A DNA stretch of 61,845 bases, counting the filler, from Basidioascus undulatus (lineage: Eukaryota), in assembly GCA_000826855.1 (NCBI GenBank). It is 5 parts of 5 records of this genome, joined end to end, with 100 filler letters (N's around TTAATTAATTAA, not from the genome) between each part and the next. Parts side by side here need not be neighbours in the genome. Positions count along the whole stretch, not along the records: positions 1 to 28,019 come from JTLS01000152.1; 4 more parts are not named here. One strand, given 5' to 3'. This document shows positions 12,985 through 25,056 of this stretch, one piece after another; within the stretch, counting starts at the first letter, position 1, and each line of letters begins with the position of its first letter. The notes under the pieces were generated by a model. It had not been told where the DNA came from. It did not search any database and worked only from the letters and a program-made list of their open reading frames with translations. The translations under genes were made by a program, and so were the position numbers.

Positions 12985-14143
12985 ATGGGGTATCCATCTC
13001 CTGTGCAGCGCCTAGCCATCGACGCTGCCGAAGCGCTCGTCCGCTCCGCCATGGCGGGCAACGATCCATCACACGATTTCGAGCACGGTCCGCTCTCCCC
13101 CCTCTCTTCAACCCCAACCTACTATTTCATCGGAAATCTGAGAACTTGCACTCGAACTGCCCAGTCGATCGCGTCCGCCGCAACGCCCTGCGCATCGCGC
13201 GGAACTTGCTGGAAGCTGGAGAGGAAGTCGACTTGCTCTCGGTCGAACTCGCAGGACTGTTCCACGACGTACGTCGCTCCTCCTACATTACCTCAGAATA
13301 ATAAGTAATTTTGATATTTCGCACAAACCGCCGCAGCTCCTGGACGACAAGTACCGCACCTCTGCTCAAGCAGGCCTCACTGTCGCGGACCTCCTCGCGG
13401 ACTTCTTCGAGGCTCACGCGGACGCTGTGTCAACTGTCCGGATCTCTACTCGGTTGTGTCTCTGACTACGTATAATGAGCCAACGAGTGGTGGGAGGGAT
13501 AGGACCAGGCCGCTCTGATCTGCCGCGTTGCGGAGAACGTCTCTTGGAGCAAGGAGAAGGTCCGTCGGCAATCTTTCCTCTTCACTTCGACGCCCTCGGC
13601 TCGCCTGAAGCTGAACTCTCTTGATACTTTGATATGTGGGGTGGGGATAGCGAATGCACGCTGAGGGGAAGCTTGAGCCCTGGCATGAGACTTGCAAAGA
13701 GCTGCACTGCGTTCAAGATGGGGATCGGATTGAGGCGATCGGGGCCGTGTTCGTCGCCCTCTCTTCCTCTTCCATCTCCCGATAACTCTCTCCATTCCCT
13801 TTTTTAATTCCCCAGTCAAGCAAGCACTGGCCACTGAACCCCCATCCCCCAATGCAGGGGAATTTTCCGGTGTGCCGCCTACTCCGGGGCGTCCAGGCGC
13901 GGCTCGATCCGGGACTTCATAGACCACTTCCACGAGAAGCTATTTCTCATTGAGGGCCAGCGGTTGAAGACTGCTTTGGGGAGGGAGTTGGCCGAAGGAA
14001 GACAGGCAATCGTGAGTATTCGTTCTATCACAGGCTGTTGTGGTAGCAAGGGCAAGGACGAAGCTGATTACGCAAGGCCGTGGTGAATCCAGATGCGTTC
14101 CTTTATACAGGATTTGGAGCGGGAATTGAATTGCTTGGATTAA
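12985..14143 (+). CDS. HD-domain metal-dependent phosphohydrolase (YedJ-like)
   Basis: Spliced product contains NDPSHDFEHVDRV...LAGLFHDLLDDKY...VSWSKE...ELHCVQDGDRIEAIGAVGIFRCAAYSG...HFHEKL, ending LERELNCLD*. Confidence 0.88.
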
Positions 14144-15974
14144 CGGATTCATCGGGGCACGGGTTGTTGTCGGTAACCGTTAGACGTGCGAGGTTGCGGA
14201 CCGCGAGCGCTCCCTGTCTTGCCGAGGAGCCTGCCGATGTTTCTAGCCTGGAATGGACGCTTTCGTTTGGATCGGAACTTTGTACGAAGATTGATCTCAG
14301 AGGAAAGGCAGATGATCAACTGCAAGCAACGATATCCCATACCAACTCACCGTCCTCGCACTGAAGGCGCTACGGTCGAGAGCGCAGTGCCCTCGGCAAT
14401 GGAGTACTGATGAGCGCAAAACCCAATCAATTGGACTTACTCAGGATATGTATACATGCTTACTATGATCCAATCAGGTTTCCATGCATCGGCTTGCGAA
14501 GCGGGCGAATGGCATATCGCCACTTGGTTCTCATGTCTTGCTGTCGCATCATCTCGTTATCTTGAGTAGAAAGAAATAAGAAGAACCCCTAATAATGATA
14601 TCCATATCATGTTTTCATCCGACTCTGGGCGGTCTAGACTCGCAAGTGGAACAAATGGTAATGACCGAGCAGGTGCACGTCTGTATCCTTCAATGCAAAG
14701 TACACTCTGAGCGCCCGTCATCAAGGTAGACTTCATCTTTCTCTTTTGAGGGTTAGTAAACTTTAGGGAACCTTCGAGGAATGCAGCAGACGGCTCGTCG
14801 CCTGCAGGCCAGGATAATCTGCAAACAGGCTCTGGATCACTTACGGCAAATATGCCCAATGCGTCGGGGAATATGTGGAGACCAGCAAGGCGAAAGATGG
14901 AAAATACAAATTAATGCCCTTGGAGCAACATAGAATAATGGGCATGCGGACTACCGCAAACACACGCGTTGGGCAGCCCGCAGTGGTTGTTCGGCACGCT
15001 TTCTGAGTAGCATGAAGCGATGCGTGCGAGAACCAGAGCCCGCCAGGGACAAGCAGCTGGGCGGTGCTTCACGTATAAGCATGTTTGTTTTTTTACTGTC
15101 CCCGTCCTCACGGTTGATGAATGAGCTGACGAGGGAGTGAGCATCTCAGTGCGAAACCCACATCGACAGTGTACAGTCTGCTCTGCACCAGGTGCTTCCT
15201 GATGCACTACAATGCAATTAATCCTTCGGCCAAACGGGCTTATCTTGAGCCTCATAACGCACAAAGATCTCTCCATGCAGACAGCACATTGCTGAGCCTG
15301 CTGTCGATGCTGCCAGTTGAGTACAACGGTGTAGTACCGCTTGGCATTGACCTGGGAGCTACGCGCTTCCCATTAGTGGTACCTCTTCCTTCTATAGACT
15401 GCTGTATTGCTGGTGGTAAACACGTACTTGAATAAATTATGCTGGCAGCATCATGCTCTTGCAGTTTGTTGCAGTTGAAGCTTGGTTGAGGGCAGTGAAT
15501 CGCGCAAGTACCGCGTCGCTGCTGGATATTTCAAGCGAGAAAAGGGCGAAAAAAGTGGAAATGGATGAGATCGATCAGAAGTGGAGGTCGGCCGCAAGTT
15601 CGGCCGGCCGCCGGCGCGGGAAGGCAACAACGCGAAGATCAAGATCAGTTCATCTCGACACGGCAGCTGTACGCTCGCTGTACGCTCGAGTGCGACGCAT
15701 CTTCTCGACTGTTGCTCCTGCCGTCACCTAGACTTTCCAGCTAGCTCGTCCGACCGGCGCCCCAGTCGAGTGATCACCCCACTCCGGGCACACAGAACAC
15801 ATACAGAGCATATATATCCACCGAGGCAGCATACACACAGTCGTTACTCTCCAGCCTACGCGCCCGATCGACCCCCACCTTCCCCTCTCGGCGCATATCC
15901 GCTGCTTCTCGCACACGATACACCAGCAGCTCTTTCCCCCACCACACCCCAACCCTCTCCCGCCTCCCGCCGAC

Positions 15975-17554
15975 ATGGACACCGTCCTCGAAGTTGTCGA
16001 CACGTACGCGCTCGACTGGGCATGGGCAAAGCTCTTCCCTGGCGCGCCCGTACCCGCATGCACCCTCGCCGGCCTCGCAGACGCAGCGTCGTCTACCTGC
16101 CCAGGCTTCTCCTCCATCGCCAACGCCACCCTCTCCTCCGCAAAATCATTCCCTTATATCGACTGGGATAATCTGCACTCGCCGTGGGAGCACGCGAGTA
16201 TCTTTGCGCGAGACAACATCGTCCGACAATTTGCGAGCCTCACTCTCGTGACCTATGTTGGCATCCACTTCCTCTGTGCGTCTTTCCCTCTTAAAGGAAT
16301 CGGTCTTTCACAGATGGCAACTTATTTGTAACTCGATACCCGGGCAAATGCACAGACTTCGTCTGCGCTGCGGCGTCATACTACCTCGTCTTCGATCACG
16401 ACATGATGAAGCACCCGCGCTTCCTCAAGAACCAAGTCCGCCTCGAGATCGAATGCAGCCTGCGCGCGTTCATGCCGCTCACGTTGATGACCGTGCCCTG
16501 GTTCATCGGCGACGTCCGCGGCTACTCGCGCCTGTACGAGCACGTGGACGACTACGGCTGGGGATACTTCTGCTTCTCGATCGTCTGGTTCATCGTCTTC
16601 ACCGACTTCTGCATCTACTGGGTCCACCGCCTCGAGCACCGCCCCGAGGTGTACAAGTGGCTCCACAAGTGCGTTCTACCTGTCCTCCGTGTCGATGTGG
16701 TTTCAGCGGCTGACTGCGTGGACGACGACGCAGGCCTCACCACAAGTGGCTCAGTGCGTTCCTCCTTCGCGCTGCCGTGTTCTCTCAGCGACCTTGGACT
16801 GACAGTCTTGCTTCTCGTCTTGCAGTCCCTACCCCCTTCGCTTCGCACGCATTCCACCCGCTCGACGGCTACCTCCAATCCGTGCCGTACCACCTCTTCA
16901 TCTACCTCTTCCCGCTGCACAAGTACCTCTACCTCGGGCTTTTCGGTTTTGTCAACCTCTGGTCCATTCTCGCGAGTCCTCTTTTTACTTATTATCTGCT
17001 GCTGCTAGGTGGCGGACAGTTGTGGCGTTGGAGCACTCGCTGACCTGACCTGTCTGTCTGCCTCCTTCGCACTTTGCTCGGTTCCATAACAGATTCAGTG
17101 CGTTTTGTCCGTTCTTCGGCTTCATGCCTGCGCTCACCCATCTGACTCCGTTATTGCTCACAGCGACTCGGACATGATCTGTGGCCACCCCCTCGAGACG
17201 ATCGTCAATGGCCCGTCTCACCACACCTTGCACCACCTGTTCGTCCTCTTCTCATTTCCCCCTCCCTCATGTCCGTTTCAACATGCCTAACTTAACGTGT
17301 TGCCTCGTATCCAGATACTTTACCTGTCCGCCCTCTCCCCTCCCCCTCTATCCTCCTCCCCTCTCTCTCCCTCTCGCGCCGACTTAACGTTCTTAACTTG
17401 GATTTCTCCGGCAGGCAATTACGGTCAATATTTCACCTTTAACGATCGTGGATTCAAGTCGTACCGCCAGCCGGAGAAGAGCCTTGACCCGATGCTCGAG
17501 GTCAAGGCGCTGATGGCAGCGGAGCAGAAGGCGAAGGAGGCCAAGTCTCAATAG
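15975..17554 (+). CDS. ERG3: C-5 sterol desaturase (lathosterol oxidase)
   Basis: [22 protein letters not shown], His boxes HRLEH, HKPHH and HHTLHH, plus [17 protein letters not shown] and NYGQYFT. Confidence 0.96.
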
Positions 17555-17950
17555 ATGCACATAGCACCTGTTCTTCTTTTCCTCTGTATATTTCACACTC
17601 TTAGTCTATTTAGGAAGCGGATGGACTTGGTTGCCCTTCTTGCATGCGCTCTCCCTCACGTCGTCTCTATCTTGCATCTGTGTTCTATCCTTTTTGGGTC
17701 TTCGTTGTACAGCATTACCTCATTCCCCTTACACCCACCTAGACACTATACCCGCCGTATTCCCAGTAGCAGCAGCACACTGTGCCACATTAGCCTTCCT
17801 GCTGCCGTGTGGTCGTGTGGGATTGCAAAGAGTGTGCATCCCACGTCTTGGCTCACATTCTGGCTTTGGACTCAGACTGAATTTTCGGTCAACTTGAGTG
17901 ATGAGAGCAAATCAACCCGGAGATACACCCTACAGCGTCAGAGTTCCAAG

Positions 17951-19038
17951 TTATGCATCGTCGTCGAAGTCCGGGCGCCTGTATTCATGGCGATCGCGTT
18001 CCCATTCGTGTGCCCTCTCATCGTCGTGAGACCTCCCCCGCTCATCCCGCCCACTGCTGTGTCTCCTATGCGCACGCTCGTGCTGCTCATCCACGTCCTC
18101 CCCCCTATCCCGCTCCCGTGCGTAGGACCTCCTCTTCCGCTCCGGGGATCCCGAGCGCTCACGCCTGCTCCCGCCCTCGCTCCTCCTGCTTCTTCGGTGC
18201 CCCTCCCGAGCTACGTCCTCCTCGTCCAACCGCCTCCTTGGCGAGTGCGACCTCTTCCGCCGACCTCCGCTTCCCGTGTCCTCCCTCTCCCTCTTCGCCC
18301 TTTCCCGATCCGGCTTGTACGTCATCTTCTGCCCGCACTTCCCGCACAGCACGACCTTGACCAGTGCGCGCTTGCGCTCACCGCGCTCCTCGTACGCGAA
18401 CGGCGTCTCGTACGCGCGGAGGTCGGGCATGGGGGCCGAGGACGAGGATGAGGATAAGCGCGCCATGTCGTGGTGAGGACAGCGCAAGTTGGCGCACGTC
18501 GACTCGCCCGTGCCCGCGATAACCTCAGCCTCGGTTCGCCAGCGGAGAGCGATCTGGAATGGGAGTCGCGATGGGGGAAAAATCAGCGTTGAAGGATAAA
18601 GTAAGCACCGCAGCATGACATGGCACGCCCGGCCGCGCACCTGCCGAGTTTTCCAGTGCTTCAAGTCGATGATAGCGAACTCTCGGAATAGGCTCGCATA
18701 AAACTTTTCAGCGACTTCCTGCTCCCATCGAGCCGCCGCTGCCGCCTGTTCAGGCTCGTCCAGCTGGTTGCCATCCTCACGAATGAACCTGGCCCGCCCG
18801 CCCGCTGGCGTGAGTCACGCCGATGACTTCTTAGGATGTAAGAAGTGGGATTAACGCACTTGTGATGCCGCTTCAATACGTCCAGCTCCGTCGTCACTCC
18901 CTCCCCGCTATCCCTGCGCGGCGCGCGGTCGTAGATGTGCTGGGACGCGGCAACCTGGCGCTGGTGGCGCTCGTAGGCGGTTTCGCCGCGAAGCGTATTG
19001 CGCTGGTACGGCTTGAGACTGCTGCTGCTGCCGCTCAT
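17951..19038 (-). CDS. FRA10AC1: FRA10AC1 (folate-sensitive fragile site protein; spliceosome-associated) homolog
   Basis: TAYERH...TELDVLKRHHKFIRE...WEQEVAEKFYASLFREFAIIDLKHWK..IALRWRTEAEV..GTGESTCANLRC...FAYEERGERKRALVKVVLCGKC, then an R/S/E-rich tail. Confidence 0.92.
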
Positions 19039-19956
19039 GGGGGTGAGGTGAGAATTGGAGGAAGACAATCGTTTTGAGATGATAATGAGGAGCGATGAAG
19101 AGCTGTGAGCGAGATGAGCTTTCGGTCCGAGCGCACGCACACGTGATGTGATGCTGAGCGCCATGCAAGCAAAGCAGCAAAGCGCGGTGCTGGCGAGGAG
19201 TAAGAAGCTACAGTGTCCTGATCCCGTTTTGTTCACTCGCCGCCTAATCAATACCATATCTTTTTCCTGGCAAAAACGATCCCGAAAGGGTGGCCCTCAA
19301 AGTCCAAAAATCAATAAGCTGTATTTTACAAAAAAAATTGGTGACCGCCAAAATTTGGCCGCACCCCATACTACAGCCAATTGGTGCCTAGTATACACTA
19401 GTAACCTTAGTATATTATAATAGAAACTGTTGAGTCGAACAAAATTGTGCGAGTGAGTGAAAAATGTTGGAAGTCAAGTCGTCGAAGGGCGAGGCTCACG
19501 TCGGGGCAGCTTGCTGGCGAGAGAAGACGCTCTTCCACTTGTTCTCTCAGTTCATATTGCCCCTCCATACCATGCAACCTAACAAGCGTGGTCGACCACC
19601 TAAATCAAATTTAAGATCTCAGAAACCCCTCAGGAAAGATCCTCCTCCTCATACCTCATCTTCCGACATGCAACCAGGACGGTATCAACAACAATTTGGA
19701 TCTCGCGTTTAAGATGCGTCCATCACATTTTTCCGACAACCCGTATCTGGAGACGCAGGTTGAGAGGACTTGGGGGGCGAAAAGATGAGCAAGAAGGCGG
19801 ATGCTGAGCTGTGCGTGCATCTGGCCAACAACCGCAAATGCTCAGTGCAGGCCATGCTCAGCATAGAATCTGATTTGAACTAGATGCCCTTTGTATACAT
19901 GTGTCTGTGAAACTAACATTTGTTTTCTGTGCGGTGTACAGAGCCTCAAAAAATAT

Positions 19957-20039
19957 TGGCACCAAGCGGGTTTGAACCGACGAGCTTGGTATCATTGGCC
20001 AAAAAGAAAAACAGACGCGACCACTGCAGCATTCTTGCC
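19957..20039 (-). pseudogene. decayed tRNA-like element (pseudo-tRNA)
   Basis: Minus strand GGCAAGA..GCTGCAGTGGT (A-box-like)...GGTTCAAACCC (B box)...TGGTGCCA, followed by a T6 terminator. Acceptor and T stems are mismatched and no anticodon arm is recognisable. Confidence 0.45.
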
Positions 20040-20401
20040 CTCTATTATGCTGTTGTTGTTTCTACAAATCCCAGCGCCGCCGCGAGCTTGCATCCACATG
20101 AGCCGCCCAGCGTCAGGGGGGACCGCCCGCGAGATCGGATCTTGAGGTCAAAAATTTGGCCGCACCCAAAATTTGAGCTACTAAGACCGGACCTCGTTTT
20201 TTGGGCTTTTCAGATGCCAACAAGCAAGAATACGCATCTAGACTGCTTAAATTATAAGCGAGACGCGAGACCGAGCCTTGGTTTACATTTGGTGTCCAGC
20301 ACTGTAGAAACAATGTATGAAACTCTCAAGAACTATCGTCTCGAAAGCACAAGGTGATGCGAACAAAACTAGAATACGACAGCGCAAGTCGACAGCAAGT
20401 T

Positions 20402-20766
20402 CACACTTTCTCGCGCGTCTCAGAAAGCGCACACTTTGGGGTTGGAAGTGTGCGGGTATTCTCTGGGAGTGAGGTGCAGCCGAACAGTCCATGCATTTTG
20501 CGAAGAGGAGTCTGGGAATCGATGATGGAAGGCAGAGCAAAAAGGAGAGGAAAGAGGGACGAGGGGCAGGCGAAGTAGAAAGTGTGCGTACAAATCGATC
20601 TCCAGAGGTCCATTTTCTTCTCGCGGGGCACACTTTCTAAAGAAAAAGTGGAGAGCTCGAGAGTGAGGGCTACCGAACGCGCCCGCGAGCTTTGTGGAGG
20701 GAGAGAAAGTGGGCACTTTCTCGCGCGCGGGAGAGTGGGGAGAAAGTGAGGCTGCCGAACGCGCCA
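20402..20766. repeat. cluster of short inverted and direct repeats (CACTTTC/GAAAGTG and AGTGAGG..CCGAAC motifs)
   Basis: CGCACACTT/AAGTGTGCG (20428-20454), AGAAAGTGTGC/GCACACTTTCT (20577-20638), GAGAAAGTG-GG-CACTTTCTC (20703-20722), CACTTTCTCGCGCG twice, and AGTGAGG..CCGAAC three times. Confidence 0.7.
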
Positions 20767-21271
20767 TGATCAGTTGGATTGTGCGCTGTCTTCGCCGGGG
20801 CTCCTGCCACTCAATAAGTTGGCCGTCGTAAAGGTCTAACCCCCTAGCCATGTTTGGAAACAAATGCTTTGGTCTCCAGTTTCAATCAACTAACATCGGA
20901 CGAGCATGGGTGAGCGAAGCTGGCGTTGAAGTCGCAATGATGTGAACCTCCCAACCCCCTGACCGCAGAAGCCTGCGATAGTCCGCAGACGTCGGTGCAT
21001 GGGGGATGTGCCATGCAGCAGACTAGTAGGCAACAACCAGCTTAAAGCTCGTTCAAAAGGTTACCAGGAATGGCTTGAAGCTTTGCCTTGCTATCGCCCG
21101 GCAGCAAGCCCGTCTGCCCGTCTGAGAATGCAAAGACATTCGCCACACTCTTAAGGTAAGTCAGCAGTGCTAAAAGGTTTGCTGATCTAAAGTAAAGAGA
21201 CAGTGGTACAATGCATACAGAACGAAATCGGCAAGCAGCATGATGTATGCACGCCTACTCAACGACGGTCG

Positions 21272-22593
21272 TCAGAACACGACGACGCTCTCTACCTCGA
21301 CCTTCTCAACCTGCACAGCCAAGTCCTGCACGCTCATTGTACCAAAGTCAACGGTACGCTTCCCCACATCTTTTCTTAGAAAGAAAGGCAAGATACGTAC
21401 TGCGCACTGCCCGAGCATCACTATCTGCAGCGTGTTTGCGCCCTCGCGCACGAGGGGCGAGATGTCGACCTTGCTCTGCAGTGTGGCCTGTGCCCCAGAG
21501 AGGCAGAGTCAGCTTGAGCTTTATGGTATAAAGAGGCCAGAGTCTCAAGGGACGGACAGGGTAAAGCGGCGGGGAGAGAGGCAGGTGATGCAGCCTATTT
21601 ACGATGGCGGAGAGACGAGCGTCTGCAGGGCATGGTGCAGGGGAGGACACTGTCGAGGAGGAAGGAGGGGAGGCGAACGAAACGCAGGAGAGGCGGAAGA
21701 GCGTCGAATCGGGTTGAAGCCTGTTTGTTCGCAGAGTCCGCTGGGATCAGCCTCCGGCAGTCCGACCAGAAATAGCTGCTGTAATACGGACGGAAGATAG
21801 GCAAAGAACGCACCTTCGACCCTCCCTGCTCAAGTGCATTCCCACCTTCTGCCACTCTTCGCCCTCAATCCTCCACCGCACTTCCTTCACGCATGCACGA
21901 TCCTCCCCTCTCACCTCGCCAAGCACGTCAACGCGTTCCATCAGAACCTCCCCTTCCGCGCAACCATGGGCGTCTTCATCATCCTCCGCCAACGCACCCG
22001 CGAGGTAGCCGTCCAGGGCGCTTAGAGCGCGCTCGAGCGTCTGGAGGCGCAGCGATTTGCGCGAGGGCGCGTAGGGCAGGTGAGGCAGGACAGGGTCGAG
22101 GAGGGGCGGCGGTGGTGGCGGCGCGGCAGGGAAGAGCGCGGAGAGGGAGGAGACGAGAGTGGACTGTGTTGGGGCGAGTTGAGGATTCGGGTGCAGGACA
22201 GTCTGTAGGTGATGAGGTATGAATGGCAGAGCTGCCAGAAGAGATGGAGGATTGCCCACCACGCACCTTGATCTTGTCCCTCCACCTCTCCCGCAGCCCA
22301 TCAAACTCGGGCAGGGCGTCCGCGCTGGGCACATTGAGCTTCGCAATGTGCTGTGCACTCGAGGCGACGAGCTCGGGCGTGAGCGCGGCGTCGAGGAGAT
22401 CGGAGGGGGTCGACGCGGGTGCGAGGCGGGTCGCGTAGGACAGGAGCCATGCGCGGCTCGGGTCGGGGGTGGGTGCGCCGGAGGGGGGCTGGTTGAGAGG
22501 TGCAAATGGGGTCAGCGCAATGCGATTTGTGGGCGAAGGATGAGGAGCGCAGGGACGGACTGCCAGAGCTGGAACGGCGGTTGAGACGGACAT
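21272..22593 (-). CDS. hypothetical protein, multi-exon
   Basis: GC-rich coding exons: MSVSTAVPALAVRP...LRERWRDKIK | TVLHPNPQL...WQKVGMHLSREGR | ...LHHLPLSPPLYPVRPLRLWPLY | KVDISPLVREGANTLQIVMLG | ...EVESVVVF*. No confident family. Confidence 0.7.
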
Positions 22594-22864
22594 GGGGCTG
22601 CCTACGACGGCGAAGAGTATTCGCTCTCTTCAAGAATGACCGCTTTTTGTGAAATTGGCTAAGTTGACATTGACGAGCTGGTTGACGAGAGCAGAAATGT
22701 AGGAGGGAGAAGGGAGAAGGTGTCCAAGCGACCCGGAACGCGTCCGAGTCGCCCGCCCAACGCCCGCCGGTTGTGCCGGCCACTCCCTCCGCTTGCCCAC
22801 CGACCATCAACCGGGCCTGCTCCTCTTTCCTGCTGCATTTCCCCTCCCCGTCGACGCATCCACC

Positions 22865-23633
22865 ATGGCGCATGTCCCACCCAATCCCACATCCGCCCCT
22901 CCTCCCACCCTCCCCTACCCGGATCCCCCAACACCCGAGTCCGAGCTCGCGTGGGCCAAGTCCGCGATTTCCTCCGCTGTACGTTCCTCCGTGCCCGCGC
23001 ACATCCCGTCCCGCGAGATCTCCGACGCGCAAGCACTCGCGCTTTTGCGGGCGCTGCGCAAGCTCAAGGATGAGGGGACTGGGACGCTAAAGAACTTTGC
23101 GCTGATGAAGGCCGAGCGGACGCCTCCGACACGGGTGCGTCCACCGACGGTGTTCTTCACCCATCTCCTGCTAGGCATGCTGATCCACGCCCACCTCACC
23201 GCGAACACCACGATCAGGATCAGCATTGCTATCGTCTTTCAAAGATGCACTCCACAGACCCAAGCCTGTCGCGCCCTCCTTGAATCCGACGTCTCCAGCG
23301 CATCCGCCTCGTGCGCCCCCATGGCCCGCACCCATCCGCAGAGCAGCTGCGGGATCTCGTGTCGGACGAGCTAGTCCAGCGCGCGCTAGGTCCTTTTGCC
23401 AAGGCGGTGGAGAGGGAGGCGGGGCGCGAGGCGTGGAAGGTGTGCGTGAGACGGTTGGAGGAGGGATGGGAGAGGCAGAGGGCGCGCAGGGAAAAGGTGG
23501 CTTCGCTCGCGGGCGAGCTGAAGGATTGGACGGTGAGCATTGCCAATTTCGGTTGACGGTGGGATGGGGAACGCTGATTCCCGACTGTTTGGGGTAGGCG
23601 AAGCTCCAAGGCGCTGGAGGCAGGGAGGGATGA
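22865..23633 (+). CDS. hypothetical protein, divergent from the previous gene (internal splicing uncertain)
   Basis: MAHVPPNPT...ELAWAKSAISSAV...LALLRALRKLK, then a helical segment AEQLRDLVSDELVQRALGPFAKAVEREAGREAWKVCVRRLEEGW. Canonical donors at 23135 and 23533. Confidence 0.55.
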
Positions 23634-24254
23634 GGATCGGATGGACACTTCAGAGCACGCCGGCTTCATCTGTGTTCTTTGTGCCCTAGTGTTCCCGTGT
23701 ACTCTAACTCTGTGTTGTAATCAATCTCACGTATCTTGATCATCCTGTCACGGTTAATCCGGGCGTGAGCGCCGCGTGTGCCAATGCCGTAGACTGCTGC
23801 CTCAGGGCGCATGCTGCTTCCTCGCCTACGGGGCTTAAAAGCTTCGAGACTGTCTGTTGCTATCACTCACGTACACAACACCCGCATCAAGAGCGAAGCG
23901 GTCACATTCCCCTGCGGAAAGAGCAGTGCCGCTCAGGCTTGCTTGGGAGTTGTCAATTGCCCCGTGGCGTCCTTTAATGTTGCCCGAACTGTTCCGCCTT
24001 ATAAACAAGCCTTGCACAACGAGAAATGGAACAAATCGGCATCGGACAAGATAGCAGAGTGAAATGACCCGCCACGTTGATGCTTCGCGTCCACGCGTGC
24101 CTGAGCTACCAGCCTCGGTACCTTGCATTCAAGTTGCCTTCGTCCGCCATGATCCTGGGGCTCGCTCCCTCTCTCGCCTTAATTGACCCTCGCCAGCGTC
24201 CATCCTTCCTGCGGTGAATAGGGACCGCAAACAGACAGGCTCCCCCAATATGCG

Positions 24255-25056
24255 ATGGGTTGTGCATTATTGTGCTTCCCCAAATCGGTGTGTATACCCC
24301 CTACTCTCCCCTTCCTAGGCGCCCAGACGCGACGCCTGACGATCCGGCTCGCTTGGCTCTCAGTCTCGCTCTCATCCTCATCCTTGTCTGCTCCGCCCTC
24401 GTGTACACATATCACTTTGCGCTCCTGTGCGTGGCCCGCTCCCGCTCCACCCCCTCATCGGTCTTTGCTCATCGTCCCCCGCCCCCCGCCCAGCTTCGCC
24501 GTCCAGCGCTTCGTCAGAGGCTGGCACCCTTGGCTGTCCGGTCCGCCTCCGCCGGGCGTGATCGTCCTCCATTCGCATCCTCTCTTCTTTGTCCTCAAGA
24601 CCCTCACTCTCTCGGGGGCACTCACGTCCACGGCCGCCCTAGCCGGGCTGCTCCTCCCCTCCCGCCCCTTCCTCCTCCCGCACATCGTCCACCTCGCCCT
24701 CGACATCCCTGCCGCTCTTACCCTTTTCATCTGGCTCGTCGCGGCCACCTTCACACCCACCGGAGGCGCCAGCTCGCTGTGCGACGCTCACGGTTGGCGT
24801 GTTAGGGCCGCCGGCGCCGGGATCCCCGAGGCGGCCAGGTGCGAGGGGCTGTGGCCATGGGTTCTGGGTGGGGCGGTGGGTTGGGCGGTGTTGATTACCT
24901 TGTTGAAGGTGCGTGCTCTCGTCCTTGAAGAGGTCAGGAATGTCCAGAGTGGAACGACTTACAGGGCGGGTGGTTCAGGTCCACCTTGCCGTCACGCTGT
25001 GGACGGTGTACCGCAGCGGGAGATGGAGAGGGCCGTACCAGGCTAGCTGGGCCTGA
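24255..25056 (+). CDS. hypothetical integral membrane protein (about 4 TM segments)
   Basis: Hydrophobic stretches FFVLKTLTLSGALTSTAALAGLLL, LALDIPAALTLFIWLVAATF and WVLGGAVGWAVLITLLK|VHLAVTLWTVY, with a paired-Cys loop. Ends PYQASWA*. Confidence 0.65.

Noticed and set aside
19361..19401. Possible Helitron 3' end (GCACC...GGTGC then CTAGT)
   Set aside because: Only a 5-bp stem, wrong spacing to CTAG, and no matching 5' end or Rep/helicase remnant.
20402..20766. Possible CRISPR-like array
   Set aside because: Repeats are short, irregularly spaced and in both orientations, there are no cas genes, and the context is eukaryotic.
20112..20963. GTCAGGGGG...CCCCCTGAC as terminal inverted repeats of a MITE
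   Set aside because: Only 9 bp and G-rich with no target-site duplication, so compatible with chance.
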